Part shown: positions 11,082 through 25,427 of the stretch, piece by piece
How positions within the stretch are numbered: position 1 is the stretch's first letter
Layout: each line of letters opens with the position of its first letter
DNA from: Epithemia pelagica
Lineage: Eukaryota; Protista; Bacillariophyta
NCBI GenBank assembly: GCA_946965045.2
Contig: OX337231.1
Span: 2,480,001 to 2,544,000 of the forward strand
Reading direction: 5' to 3'
DNA length: 64,000 nt
Translations under genes and position numbers: made by a program
The notes under the pieces: generated by a model
What the model saw: the letters and a program-made list of their open reading frames with translations, nothing else
The model's database searches: none
Told to the model about the DNA's origin: nothing

Positions 11082-11798
11082 GCTGCCAATCCGTGTTTGG
11101 GGGGCGATGGGGGGACTGATTTTTGAAATGGTAAGACATGTCGTTATGAGTTTTCCTTTAAGTGTTTTGTGTGGAACGACATGGTCTCACCCAATCATAT
11201 TGCTGCCTGAGCAAACTAACACCCCTCGCATAGTCCACCATGGCACAACGATTATTTGTATTCCTATGAATGTATTGCTTCTAGTAGAGACGACAATTCA
11301 TGGATCTCGGTGCCATACACTCTGCGTACAAATCTATGCTGTAGGTCCATTCGAAATTCGAACCATAAACTACCTTTGAAGAAACGAGCCTGTGCGATAC
11401 TCCTACTCCACAACAGACAGTGTGTCACAATAGATATCTCTTTCTTGTCAGCCAAATCCAATACTCCTACGAGATTCCACCATTTCTCTAGAGAGACGAT
11501 GAGTTTGTGGGTGGAGAGTCATCGTCGACCCATGGCATTCCTGCATCTAGCCTCTTACTCCTCTACTCTAGCTAGAGAGCTCCATCGAATTTGCCGAAAG
11601 TCATAGCCATGCTAGCATTCTCATTACGGTCAACTTTTTGTTGTCATTTTTTTTGCCAATCCATCTCTTCTTCGACAACAAGCGTAGTTGTGAGGACCAC
11701 CTTCCTCTTTGGACGCCATCGTTACATAACACAAACATTGGAAATCCGTATTCAAAGTAAAAAGACGTCCAACCAAGAGAATCCAAAAGAATTTGAGG

Positions 11799-14700
11799 AT
11801 GGATCCAAGCGACAACGTTGCACCACTACAACAACCACAACACCCACAATTGTCGTGTACCCCCATTGCCGTCTCGTCCGCCCTGGCCGTGCCACATCCG
11901 CACAAGAAGGACGCACAAGGCTCTCTTCCTCTGGATGGCAACGACGACGACGACAACAACAACAACAACAATGACAAGGTGTATTTGCCGCGGTTGGTAA
12001 CACCGCATCCCTTTTTGCCCGCACAAGACCAACCACCATCACAAGCCACGGTGGAAACCATGGTCGAACCCGCCGCCAATGGTCGATATCGAGTGGTGAT
12101 TCAAAGTGGACCCGATCATTGTCGGCCAACGGCCACCAAAACGAGCAGACGACAATCATCATCATCATCTCCATTGATTCATGCCAGCTTTTTGCTTCCC
12201 GAACCAACGCAATTTCCCTATTGTCAAAACCCATCCGAACAACAACAACAACAACAAGTGTCCAATCCGTCCTTGTTGGCCTGGACTCATTTTGATTCCA
12301 CGGCTCCACAAAACAACGGACAAGAACGAGACACCAACAGGTCTACCTTTTTGTGTGTCTTGGTTCATCCCACTCTAGTCTCGATTCACAATGTCTATCC
12401 CACCAACAAGGATCGATGGACCGTCCAACAGGAAGGCTGGACGGTACCTTTGCCGTCCGAATGTGCTTCCATTTTTGCCATTCCTCAAACGGGTGGTCTC
12501 TTGATTCAACGATTGGCCGATGCTTCCGAACTAGACGATGTCTTTTTGGATGCCCCTCCCATTCCTACGGCACAACAACGACACCGTCCAACGACTACTA
12601 CCAACCACAACAACAACAACACGTTGACGACACCCCTGGCCAGTGACCCCACCACACCCGCCTTTTCGGTTCGTTCTCCTCCCCAAGCGGCACACCAACT
12701 ACCGAATGAACTCAATCATGTACCAGCCTTGTTTACCTTGACGCATTATCAACAAGATGTGACGCCGCTCGCACACTCGACCCTGTCCTCCTCCACCGAT
12801 CAACCACAACAGCAGCAACACCATGCATCGTGGGGATTTTGGAACGATCCCTTGGAACAAGTCCTCTGGGTGGGCCATGCCTATGCCTATCATGACAAAG
12901 ATGCACCAGACCATGGCAAGAGAAGCACTATTTTGGTTGTGACACATCATGCTCGATTGCAACGACATGCCATTTGGTCCTTGGAACAAGCCCCTCCCCC
13001 ACCTAAACCTCCCACCTTGGCTCGGTATTATGCCACCCAACACAATTATCATCCGAACGAGGACATGAACAAGAACGACACTACAAGAATGGACAATGTG
13101 GTCGATCCAGCCTTGTTGTGGGAGAGTACTGCCCCTGGACGAGAAGCCGAAGAGGACATGATGAGGATGATTAATACGTCGTCGTCCTGGGAGGATCCTC
13201 CATCGTCGTCTTGGTCAACGGCACGTCCACCCCGAACGTCCTTGGCAAGTCGTTCCGAGCCATTGGCAACAATGGGGGAACGAGGAACGCAGCAACCGCC
13301 ACAACATCCAGGGTCTTCCTCGACCAATCGATATTTTCATCATCATCATCAAGAAGCCTTGGCCGACGCGTTGGGAGTCCATGCCCGCAAACCCACTCGA
13401 CATGGCGCCGCCGCCGTCACCAACACAGCAAGTCGAGGACCGCATGCTTCCTTTGTCTCTCCAACGGCTGATCCCAATTCGACAAATCATCCATTGCTCT
13501 TGTCCAATGGGACTCATGCTTCATCGTCAACTTCCTCGTTTTTGACTTCACGCATCCCCACTCCCCGCGATGGACTGGCGGGCAGCAGTAGTCACAACAG
13601 TAGGATGAATCATCATTTCTTTTCCACCATTCATCCCCACTATGTGACCCGGAGCCTGTATCAAGAACACAACAAATCCAGTCCCATTGCCACACCCAAT
13701 GTATTTTTGGTTACCGATCTCGAGGCAACTGGATTGTGTCTCCTCGTGTGGATGATTCCTGACGAAGAAGAAGGATTGTCAGGCTCGCCTGTTCCCCAAA
13801 CGCTCCACTTGTTTCGAACCTCGTGGCACTTCTCGTCAGTGTCGAATTCTCATCACCAACATGCCATGACGCGGCGGATCGAACCCATGAATGTGTCCCT
13901 CTCGTGTTTGGACGCCCAGCCCATTCAAACCACATCCTTGTTGCTACCCCAACGATGCGGTGCGGCGGTTCCCACACGGCGGACTCGATTGGCCACGGAA
14001 CTCCTCCTTGTCCAATCCAATAGCACTCTTGTGTTGCATCGAGCGCACTTGCCCTTGACACGTCTTCAAGTCAAGAGTCTCCCTCCCTCGTCCTCCGAAT
14101 GTCGTATTGTGCAATTGACGGATCCGGTCCATCATCGAGTCGGACTCGCTCTGATGGATTCAAGCCAAACGTTGCAGCAGCAGCAATATCGTGTATCGGT
14201 GGAATTGGTCTTGCCGTGTGGCATGGCGGAACAAGCTCTGTGTGCCATTCAATCGAGTTTGGAACGCCAACAAGGAGCATTGGCGGCCTTGTTGTTTCGG
14301 ACCGATTGTGTCCGACTTTATCAAGAACTTGCACAACAGGCTCCCACTCTCACGAATTTGCCCTTCAAGGCCTTGAGTGCCGTGGTCATGACCATTGTTG
14401 CATGGGACCTAGATACTGTTTCTTCTTCGCCATCGCCATCATTGGGTCGAACTGAGTCTGCAAAAGCAGCGTCTCATTCGGCATGGGACGCCCTACAATC
14501 TAGTGAATATGGTCTTGGTCATGACATTTTTCCATTGGACGACTCAAGTCTGGACACAATGGCGGGCGACAAGATGAACCATGCCTGGGCCGAAAATGTC
14601 TATGTGGAGTGTGGCGCGTCGTTTTGGAGTCATTTGAAACAAAATCGCACACAACAACAGAGCGTTACCAAGTTTTTGTTTGATCCATTGCATCTCGTCT

Positions 14701-17700
14701 TGGAAGACTCCAAGCTTTCCAATCGCGGTGGTCCCCCTCCCGAGTTTGTTGAATTGTTGGTTCGGATCTGTACCAAATCATGCAATGAAATTCCAACAGC
14801 CTTTCTCCAGCACTATCAGTATTCGGCGTCCCATATCGTACTCAAGTATGTGAAACATCTTAAGGAGAATGAGTCCATGTCCTTGGATTCTGAGGGAAAG
14901 CCGTCTTCTTTTACATCCTTTGAAGAACCACCCAATATCTTGGAATGGATTGAAGACGTGATTTCAAGTGGCCCATCCTCCACAAGCTACTTTGAAACTC
15001 TATCTCCGAATGACATCAACCCTGCATGTTCGAACATTCGATTTATTAAATTGACATTTTCCTTGCTCAGTGGGGAAAAGGATGTTGAGCTTGTTGAAAC
15101 TCTGATTCGTGAGGGCTTTCGTGACCAACAATCGATCTGTGAATCCTTTGTTCCTGGAATTGCGTTCCCCCTTCTTTCGTTTCTGAACAAATTGACAAAC
15201 GACGCGTCAACAGAGAGAGTTCCATTATCACCAGAGGGGTTCGCACTAATTGGGAGAAATGATTTGAGTTTCAACATGGCTACCTTTGTGGACAACGTGA
15301 CTTCACTGGACTTCTCTTCTCCTAGCAGTGATGCGATCGGAGAACGACCAGAAGGTGAAGAGCCATATGGCAGTCATACTTTCAGTGACGAAGAAAAGGA
15401 TGGGCTAGTTCCTCTTGAATTACGATCGTCTATGTTATTCCCAGACAACCGTATCCGTGAAGCTGCCAGATTGGTTCGGTCGTCGCGTCCAATGTTTCTT
15501 CGAGTACCTCGAGTCGTCGAGATTACCGATCATGAATACGAGCAGCTCAAACAAAGGAAGCTTGCCCTTCTTGTCCGAAGGGCACTGGCACTACCAATTG
15601 GACGGGGAATGATGACAATTGGGGGCCTGAGACCTCTTGCCGCAGAATCGCTTCCATTACCGGAACTCAGCTTAAAAGGACGAGTTCCACCAACCAACGG
15701 GACGCTCTCTCTTGACCAGAGCGAATGTCCAACAGAGCTGAAAGTTTGGCCCGATTTCCACAATGGGGTGGCAGCTGGTCTACGACTTCCACTTCGCGAC
15801 GATAGTGGGCCTGAAAATGGGGATTCACAAATTACGCGAACTTGGATTCTATACAACAAACCGCCTCGCATTGAAATACCGACACAACCTGAGGATGGAA
15901 CGAACAACAACAACAATGCAGCCGCCGTCTCGCAAACTCACGCACACGGTGGTTTTCTCCTTGCACTTGGTCTTCGGGGACACCTAACTGCTTTGGAAAT
16001 GACGGACATCTACGAGTACTTGACGCAAGGAACAGCAACTGTGACGGTTGGTGTCCTGCTTGGTATGGCAGCAAATAAAAGAGGTTCCTGTGACATGTCA
16101 GTATCCAAAATGCTGTGTCTTCATATACCGTCTCTGATACCACAGTACTTTAGTGCCATTGATGTGGCAAGTGCAGTCCAATCGGCCGCCGTTGCTGGAG
16201 TTGGTCTGCTGTACCAAAACTCTTCACATCGCATGATGACTGAATTCCTGCTCAACGAGATTGGAAAGCGACCTGAAAGTGACACAAGCGCCCTTGACAG
16301 GGAGTCCTATACGCTTTCTTGTGGAATTGCTCTCGGAATGGTCAATTTATGTATTGGAGGGAAAGATGGACAAGCTGATCGCGCTGCCGGAATATCTGAT
16401 CTTCGTGTGGAGGAGAGACTTCGTCGATTTATAAATGGTGGGCAGTCGAGTGATGAAGAATCTCGGCGAATCCGGGAATCGAACGATCGATTCAGCATTC
16501 CTTCCTATACATACGGGGTTGAAACCGAGAAGTGCTCCATCATCTTTGAGGCCAATATGATCAACACAGACATCACGGCACCCGCGGCCACCCTTGCCAT
16601 GGGTCTCATGTACATGAAAAGCGGAAATCACACTGTGGCCGCTGCTGTTTCGATCCCTCAAACACACTTTCTTCTCGAATTTGTACGTCCTGACTTTCTT
16701 GGGTTACGCGTGATTGCCAGGTAAGTCTGAAATGCCGTGAACCACTCTGTATTGAACTTCATCTGCCGAAAACTAATCATCTTTGCAACGTGGTAATCCT
16801 ATGCCACATGCCACAGGTCACTTATTCTTTGGGATGAGGTAGAACCGTCCATGTCCTGGATTGAAAAGCAGGTACCAAAGGTTGTGCAGTCCGCATATCA
16901 CTCCATGCGTTCTGTCGCCCAAAAAGCAATGGAGGGTCGCACGCCTGTCAAAAGCCAACGCTCTGGGGACTATGATCGACGCGCCATACGACAAATATAT
17001 GTCAACATTATTGCGGGTGCTTGCTTCAGCATGGGTCTACGATATGCTGGTACGGGGGATGAACGGGCGAAACAAGCCCTTTTCGAGTGCGTTCTTCAAA
17101 TTCACAAGCTTCGTGAAGGGAACGACCCGATTTCTGTTGTTTCCAAACCGGAATTTCCCATCCTGGAAACCTCTCTGGGTCTATGTGCGATTTCGTTGGC
17201 AATGGTCATGGCTGGGACAGGCGATCTGGATGCCCTCCGCCTTTTCAAATCCCTTCGATGGCGACATGATAAGGATATTGTATACGGAACGCATATGATT
17301 TTTGGAGCAGCAACGGGGCTTTTATTTTTGGGCGGAGGAACCATGACGCTTGGGAGAGAACCGGAAGATATTGCAGCCCTGGTGGCTGCCTTTTTCCCTC
17401 GATTTCCCACAGAGAGTATGGACAACCAATATCACCTGCAAGCTCTCCGGCACTTGTATGCTCTTGCTGCGAGAAAGTCCGATATATGGGCCATTGACAT
17501 TGACTCTGGAGAGAAGGTTTATGTACCGGTCACGACCTTGGCAAGTCCAGAAGCCTCTCCATCGTTGCCAATGCAGGTCCCCTGTCTTCTTCGGAATAGT
17601 GAATTCCCGACTCGATTTTTGAAAGTCACATCCGAAGATTTCTACCCGATGTTACTCCGGCTAAAAGATTCGGGCTCAAGCATTTTTAGTGTCAAACGAA

Positions 17701-18161
17701 GACGAGCCCCGATGCCCCAGATTGGTGATCTGAACAGTACCACGAAGAAGACGGGGACAGTTGACAGGGATTTGCTTTCCCAAGTGAAGTATTTGTCTCT
17801 GAGTCCCATGGATGGGCCTGTTCTGCGAAAGTTACTGACAGGCTCGCACACCAAGGAACAAAATCCGACCATTCTGTTGTTCCTTTCATTGATGAGCGGT
17901 GTCCGCAGCTTGGGCAACGATACATCGGCATCTTCGTTGTCTGCGTACGTGAAACTCCTCTGGGACCTTCGACTGCTGCGTTCCTTTCATCTGAGGCATG
18001 TCGTACCGGACGATAAAGCTTCGGAGGAGCACCAAACATTGCGACTCGAAGCCGAGCTGGTGGCCTATTTGCTGGAAAAGGCATACCAGCAGCTTGCGTT
18101 GCTTCGCCCTAGATCGACGGACGCGAGAAAACAAGTCCTTTCTTCAATTCTCCAAAGCTAG
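11799..18161 (+). CDS. APC1: Anaphase-promoting complex subunit 1; exons 11799-16720 and 16817-18161
   Basis: LPIGRGM, WPDFHNGVAAGL, HGGFLLALGLRGHL, MLCLHIP, PAATLAMGLMY, IAGACFSMGLRYAGT, YHLQALRHLY; GTAAGT..CACAG intron gives ARSLILWDEV in frame. Confidence 0.92.
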
Positions 18162-18595
18162 TTCGCATCTCATCGCTGACCTATTTGAGGAGTAAAAGAG
18201 TTCCTAGAAGTAGACATTAGAGAAAAAAGTTGAATGACGAGCAACTGTGCTGCTCCATCCAGGAGGATTGCATAGATATAGACCGCATAGGCATTAGGCA
18301 TAGACTTGTTTCGATCTTGGTCTTGTAGACCAAGACACAACAAGACACAACAGAAGAAAAATCTGACGTGGGACGGCCGGTGGGTCAAAGGCACCCGGAG
18401 ATTTAGAACCAAAAATTTGCAACGATGACGGAGTTTGGGGAAATCGACCCTTTTATACACAATCAGGGTTATAGGCAATAGATTAGGGACGCAACAAGAA
18501 ATTAGGGCGGCTAAGAGGACACTTCTACGGGTAGATAGGTTTTGCAACGGGGAGGACTCCGTCCGCCATGAACATGTACCTTAACACTAATGAAA

Positions 18596-19953
18596 CCCTC
18601 GGTATCAGTGTCCACTGCTTAGCTGTTTTTTGTCTGTGCCATCATTTTAGGTTCCCAGGTGGACACAGACATCATTTTTTGCTTTTGAGACAAATAGAAA
18701 TGATCAAATGGCAAATTGGCACGCATACCCAGCTGGAGTTTTCACAGTTTGAAACAGACGCATGCCCAGCAAGCGGCCGTGCGTGGATAACTGCTGGTTG
18801 CTCCATAATTCATAATGACAAGCACACAATTCTTTTCTCTTGTTGCCGAAGCACATCGTACGAATGGCATTCCAGGTGAGTGTGATCCGTTGCCAATTGC
18901 CATGACAATTACATAGCTCATGCTCACTGATCACTGACACTTGTCACTTTTGTTTGCTCTGCTCATGGGAAGAGAGGCGATCATCTGTTGTGTCTCTGGG
19001 TAGCTCATTACGTGCCATTCTACATGTCGAAATGACGGATTTTTGATAACTTTCATTCGATTCATAAACAGACTGCAGACATTGTTTTCTTTATATACTA
19101 GGAGTAGAAATAGAACTCAAGTGCTATTCATTCGTAGAGTTCAGTGCATTCTGAATTCGTTGCAGATCTCTTTTCTGTTTTGAGCATGGCAATGACTCTC
19201 AGTTTCACCATGAACACAAGCAGCTCTCACACGCTACAGCTACAACTTTTGACTCTATGAACTGATAGACATGGAAAGTAGGGTGTGGCAAGAGCAAGAG
19301 GGCTTCCCATCTATTTGAAGCAAAAACAACAAAGTGTTCGGTCATTGAGAAATGAGATGATGCTACGACCTATGACGATAGTGAATCATCTATCCTACAG
19401 AAGACATGAAAGCAACCAACCAACAATCAAACAACAAAACAATTACTCCTACATCAACAAATGAGACGGGTAAGATACTCCAGTTGACATCAAGCGGCTT
19501 GTTCCTAGTCTACTCGTTCAACAAGAGACAAGCCAAAGGATCATGCATGAACAAGAGGAAAGATTGCAGCAGTGATGAGTGAGAAGAAAGAAAAAGAAAC
19601 AAGAAGATTAGAAATAAGCCACAGTAGTGAGAAGTGAGAAGCAGTTCAGGTTCAGCCCAGCATGTTGCATCCATTGTTCTCACCTCACGTCATGGTCAAG
19701 CATTTGGCTCGGTTTTTGGTGTTTTGTGACAGACGAGGACGGGAGGGTTGCCCAAAAAATTTGAATCGTGGTGACCAGAGGACAACCACCAACCGTCAAC
19801 TGTCACATGCACGCTGGCCTTGCTCCAACCCTGAGGAATTTTATTGGGTAGACAGACAGACGAAAAAGATAAAATGCTGGCTGTGTCCACTTGGGAACCT
19901 GTGAAGGTGGCACAGACAAAAAACAGCTAAGCAGTGGACACTGATACCGAGGG
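18596..19953. mobile_element. Non-autonomous DNA transposon family A, copy 1 (~85-bp TIRs starting CCCTCGGTATCAGTG)
   Basis: Inverted termini ~18596-18680 and ~19870-19953; interior homologous to 21490-22712; no long ORF. Confidence 0.75.
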
Positions 19954-20073
19954 TATTTTTTGACGACAAGGGAACGAGAACGCGAACCAGTCGTCTGTGT
20001 GTGGTATTTCGTTTCCTCATTTCTGAAATGTGACGCAGGGCCATTGTAGTACTATGGGATTTAACACGGTGTC

Positions 20074-20125
20074 AACCCGATCTAATCGGGTTCAACCCGA
20101 TCTAATCGGATTCAACCCGATCTAA
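20074..20125. repeat. Array of ~20-bp quasi-palindrome AACCCGATCTAATCGGGTTC, resuming at ~21290-21340
   Basis: About 2.5 tandem copies left of element B and about 2 more right of it. Confidence 0.8.
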
Positions 20126-21287
20126 CCCTCCGACTAGGTGTCCGCTTCTTAGCCCCCCAGCCGCTCTCCGCGACCAACCATTTTAATTTTGGTTTTTTTG
20201 CGTTTTTGAAGAAAATTTCGGGTCAAAATGAAAATGATCACGCCGGCCTTCTGGATCACCGTTTTGAAATTTTGTGAGCAGGCGTGCGCACTTTGACCGT
20301 TGGTCTTCCCCATTCTTGATTGTCGTCCCAAGTTGCGACCCACATTATTTTCACTACGCACCTTTTGACATGGATAATGGACATGCACCATCACAATGCA
20401 TTCTCCATCATCTGCACACCATGGACATTTGACATATAGACCATAGATAGTGTTTTGCCCTACCCCATCCTTTCTTTGTTTTTTCTAGGAGAAGTGTGGT
20501 TGTTTCTAGTGTTTGTGTCCGTTTAAAAGTGGACCCTCCTCCACAACACCGTGCCGTTGCCGTAGGCTTGTCTCTTTGCAACCACAAACAGTCCTATTTT
20601 AGAATACGTCTCTTTCTAGTTGCTTTACGGAGCATATAGAGTGTAGAGTCCCCTGCACTGCTGGGAAAGACAAGTCATGCTCATGGCAACAAAAAAAGAA
20701 CAACAGGAGCAGGTCAACATCACAATCCACTAAAGACCCAAACTGAGTGACAGCAAAGGAAAAATGGATGGCTTCCTCCACTTATCCTACCTACTCCTAA
20801 TTGAGGTCTATAGCTCTATTTTGTCCTATAAGAATCCTACAAATGATGCCAGCAGCCCCACATGGCATCGACCAAAATGGATGTTACATGGCACAAACAA
20901 ATGACACACTATGGCAACTGGCAACGTAGTGAGAGCCTACAACTAAACATTGTCCATTCCAATGCAAGTATTAGCCATTCCAGAACTTACCATGATGGAT
21001 GTGCAGTGACAAAGATGAGATGAGATGGTCAGGGACGAAGCATGCCGTTTTTGGTGTTGGTTTGGTCATTGCCTCGTTTTGTTGCCTGCATCGATTTTGT
21101 GACCCGTGAACTCACTGAGAACACTATTTTGAGTCTTGTTGAGCAGAACGCCTGCCATCTTCCAACTGTCACATCACGCCAGCCTTTCCACCGATGGATG
21201 TGAAATTTCCATTCATTTTTTTGTCTGTGAGATTGGGTTTGTCTTGCCCGAACAGACGAGCTAAGAAGCGGACATCTAGTCGGAGGG
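20126..21287. mobile_element. Non-autonomous DNA transposon family B (~28-30-bp TIRs CCCTCCGACTAG.TGTCCGCTTCTTAGC)
   Basis: Ends are reverse complements with 1 mismatch; interrupts the palindromic array. Confidence 0.68.
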
Positions 21288-24024
21288 TTTAACCCGATCT
21301 AATCGGGTTCTCGGGTTGGGCTCAACCCGATTAGATTGGGCATAACTTTTCCACATTATTCTTAAGCAGCCCCTGGTCCCGGGGCTATTGAAAGCCTACT
21401 TTGAAAATTTCGTCGTCTCACATTTTGTCACTTGAGGGCAAATACTGGAAACTGGAATCCTCTCTGGCTTGGGACAGCTGATACAACATCCCTCGGTATC
21501 AGTGTCCACTGCTTAGCTGTTTTTTGTCTGTGCCACCTTCACAGGTTCCCAAGTGGACACAGACAGCATTTTTCGCTTTTGATGCAAATAGAAATTATCC
21601 AATTGCAAATTGGCACGCATGCCCAGCTGAACTTTTCGACGTTTGAAACGGACGCAAGCCCAGCAAGCGTCCCCTGCGTGGATGACGGTTGGTTGTTGCA
21701 TAATTCGGGGCAAGCTCACAATTCTCTTTTCTTTTGCCAAAGCACATCGTACTTACTGCTTACGAATGTTACTGGCTTTCCAGGTCAGCTTGATCCATTG
21801 CCAATTGCCATGTTGTCAATGACATCACTCATGCTCACTACCAATTGCCACTTTTGTTTGCTCTGCTCGTGGGAGACGCTACTCATCTGTTTAGTCGCTG
21901 GGCAGCTCATTACTCTTATTGTTCATTCTTGTCAAACAGAAATGACTGGTTTTTGCTGAGCGCCATAACTTTGATTGCATTGAAAAAACTCTATACTCTA
22001 GATATTCTTTTGTTTATTTACTAGTAGTAGAACGCCAGTGCTTGTCATCCATGAGACTTTTGAGCCTTGTGAATTCGTTGCAGCTTTGTTCTTTGTTGTG
22101 AGCACGACGATGACCCTCAGTTTCGCTATGAAAACACAACAGAACAGCTCTCACAAGCTTGTACCGCTCACTTTGAGCACTCTGTGTCGACTACCTACCT
22201 AGGTAGGATATGATAATTGGTCAGTAGGGTGTGGCAAGAGGGCTTCCCATCTATTTGATGCAAAAACAACATCGTTGAGAAATGATTGAGAATGACGCTA
22301 TGATGAGAGACGAGAGAGAATAATCTATCCTATAGAGCATATGACAGTAGCCAAAAAACAATCAAACAACAAACAATTACGGCAAGGAAAAGATATTCCA
22401 GTTGACATCTGGCGGCTTGTCATCTACTCGTACAAATGAGACAAAAGTAAAGGATCATGCAAGAACAATAGGAAAGACAGCTGCAGAAGTGATGCGTGAG
22501 AAAAAGGGAAAAGAGACAACAAGATAAGTACTCACCCACGTCATGGTCAAGCATTTGGCTCGGTTTTGGGTTTTTGTGACAGGTGTCGAGATGATGTTGG
22601 ATGCCCAAATTTGAATCGTGGTGACCCGGCGAGGACAACCACCAACCGTCAACTGTCATTTGCACGCTGGCCTTGCTTCAACCCTGAGGAATTTTAATGG
22701 TTAGACAGACAGTACCCTTCGGGATGGAACGGCTGAGTTCAAACGCAACCAGAGTGTTGAGTGTTGAAGTTCTACTTGACTATTTTACACTTTTAAGCTT
22801 AAATTAACAACTTTTAACTTTTTTCATGAAAGTCAAGTCAATTTCCAGCCGAGATCCCATGACTTTTCTCTTTTCTCAGTGAAATCAAGTTGGACAACAC
22901 CACATTTTCAACCTTGACTAAACGTTTTTCATGAAGTCAAGTTCTGAACTATGACCTTCCAACGTCAGCGTGTGCTGCGACTTCTACCATTACTTGTATC
23001 TCGAATCGTGGAAGTCAATAATATCTTAGTTTCTGACTTCTGACTTTAAGTCGACTTTTCTTTCTGAAAAAGTAAAAAGTCAATTTGCAGAACTTTTGTG
23101 GCAGTTGAATTGTTCCTTTTTCAAGAATTTGTTGAGTTTGTGTGTTCCAAGATCTCTAGTAGAGGTCGGTCCCGCAACAGCTCATCTCTGCTGGAGTGCG
23201 CTGGAGAGGTCTCTGTGGAACTAGGTATGCGCATCCGCTGGAGATAAGACTACCTGTGCTACCATGATAAAAATGCCTAGCTAGGGGAGTACTCCTTCTC
23301 CTAGGAGTAGTAACTAGAGCACTTATCTTGGTGAGAGCTTTCCTTTCCAGTGGTGGAATAGTTGCTTGGTCTCCAGCAGAATCTTTTTGTTTTGTTGCCA
23401 TGTCAATATTATCTCCTTTCAAGAATACACTGATAGGTGTCCTCTTACAGAACCTTCATTTTGGGGGTGTGCTTCAGACTATCCATATTGCACTCTTCCA
23501 CAGTTGAAGAGTCATCATTGTTATTGCAATCAGACACTTTGGAAGGCTGTGTGGAGCAAGTGAATGACACAGAGTGACCAGTATGAAACAAACAAATGAG
23601 AAAGGATAAAAGTGACCAGTGCAGAGAAAAGAGTACGGTGACTAGCGTATACACGCAACAGAAAATCTTTGCTGGGGATTCTCTAGCGCTGGATCTCCAG
23701 CGCTGAAGATGCGTGACTGCTTACTGCTTACCGCAGAACCAAGAACTGACTTCAAAGTTAAAAGCTGAGTTGACTTCATTTATGGGCTGCCAACCCGTAA
23801 TTTGCAAATTCCAGACCCCCCATAGCCCTGGACCCCCCATTTAACTTCAGCGTACATCGCTCCCTCAATTTTTATCTGTAGGCTCTTGACCAACTATAGG
23901 GTTACCCCCACATTCCTCACTCCTCACGTTCAAGCCTTTCTATCGCAATGGCTCACATAAGACGGGAGTGAATCAAAGAGGAGAAACAAGAGATACCACA
24001 TGATGGGTATTGTAGTTAGGGTTT

Positions 24025-24063
24025 AGGCTGCGCTTCGAAGCATAGCCTTTCTCTGGATTCTAG
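24025..24063 (+). mobile_element. Possible Helitron 3' end (hairpin + CTAG)
   Basis: Hairpin AGGCTGCGCTTCGAAGCATAGCCT (24025-24048), CTAG 11 nt later (24060-24063), followed by T. 5' end not identified. Confidence 0.38.
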
Positions 24064-24080
24064 TTCATCCAACTTCTTTA

Positions 24081-24847
24081 GGCTATCTCCACCCGAGCGC
24101 CGCTATGCTGACGTATTGGGGCTTTCTGATTGGCCTCGCTATCCGGATAGCGGATTAGCGGAGCCAAAGGGAAATGAACTCCACGATCTCCGTAAAAAGA
24201 ACGCCGTATTGTACGCATTGCGCATATGCCCTAACTTGTTTCGGTTAAAAAGGGGTGCGGCTTGCGGAATTCAAACAAGACAATCAACCAGAGCACCCAA
24301 AGCATAAACCAAAGATGGAGGACTCGTTGTTTTCCCTCTTCATTGTTGACTGTCATGGTGAATCATGTTGTTGTTCATGGCCAATGTAGATGTAGGTTGT
24401 AGGTTGCAGTCCAATCTTCCTATTGTATTCCCTGTCCGATTTCCGATTGATTGTCTGATAATCGAACACATCAATAGTTTGAATGATGCATTTGTTTGAT
24501 TGTTGCATTCCTTCCGATCCGTGATCCTCGAATCATCTTGCTGTGCATGGTTCTTGTCCCATTGTAGGAAGTAGGGAACACAACAATGGAAAAAGAGATG
24601 GTAAGCGATCGTCACAAATCGATACGTGCCATTGCCATGTTTTCGACAAGAGAGATACTGTTGGCAGCGACGTTATTTTATTTATGCCGGCGGTTATATT
24701 TTGCTCCGCTATCCGCTATTTTCCCCGTTATTCCTGGCCCCAAATAGCGGCAAAAATAGCGGGTAGCGGAGCTGTTTAGCGGTTAGAGGAGATGGTGGAG
24801 TTCGATAGCGGTTTTTGGACCTTTAGCGGCCCCGGGTGGAGATAGCC
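24081..24847. mobile_element. PIF/Harbinger (Tourist-like) MITE
   Basis: 15-bp perfect TIR GGCTATCTCCACCCG, TTA TSD (24078-24080 and 24848-24850), many sub-terminal TAGCGG/CCGCTA motifs. Confidence 0.82.
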
Positions 24848-24980
24848 TTACACCCCCGATGTTGAACATGAACGTTAGGCCAATCCTTTACTCCTAGCTC
24901 GCAAAACCAAATCGAGATTGCGTGCACGTCAGCATTTTGCGTCACGTTTACGTCATATATCCGGGTAAAAGAGCATTTCC

Positions 24981-25030
24981 GGATTTGTTCGAACAAATCC
25001 AGAACTCAGGATTTGTTCGAACAAATCCTG
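24981..25030. repeat. Two perfect palindromes: GGATTTGTTCGAACAAATCC (20 bp) and CAGGATTTGTTCGAACAAATCCTG (24 bp)
   Basis: Read directly at 24981-25000 and 25007-25030. Confidence 0.9.
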
Positions 25031-25427
25031 GAAATTCATTAGGGATAGTGTTTTACTTATGCTAGTGTAGAGGCTGCCTACAGTTTCGAATATGTCAGGC
25101 GGGCGTTCGACATGGTGGGCGGGCGTGACACATGATGGACGGGCGTTCGACTTCAACGGTATCCGTGCGCTTCCTTTGTACCCAAAAGTTTTAGTATTCA
25201 ATTTTTCTAAGTAAAGAGTGGGGGAGGATGGGGGACAGGATTCGAAAAGGCGCGGTCTTTTGGATTTGTTTTGCGAATGCGTAAGGACGGCGTTAGGCAC
25301 AATTTCCAAAACCAAATCCGGCCCGGCCCCGCACGGATTGGTTTTGTTGAGCTAAAGGATTGGCCTTACTATGAAAATTAAATTGTAATGATTGAAAATT
25401 GCCGGCCACCAAAGTCGATTAATTTGC

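Noticed and set aside
11335-11365. GGTTCGAAT B-box-like motif on the minus strand (also GGTTCGATC at ~7069)
   Set aside because: No T-stem pairing or cloverleaf; not a tRNA.
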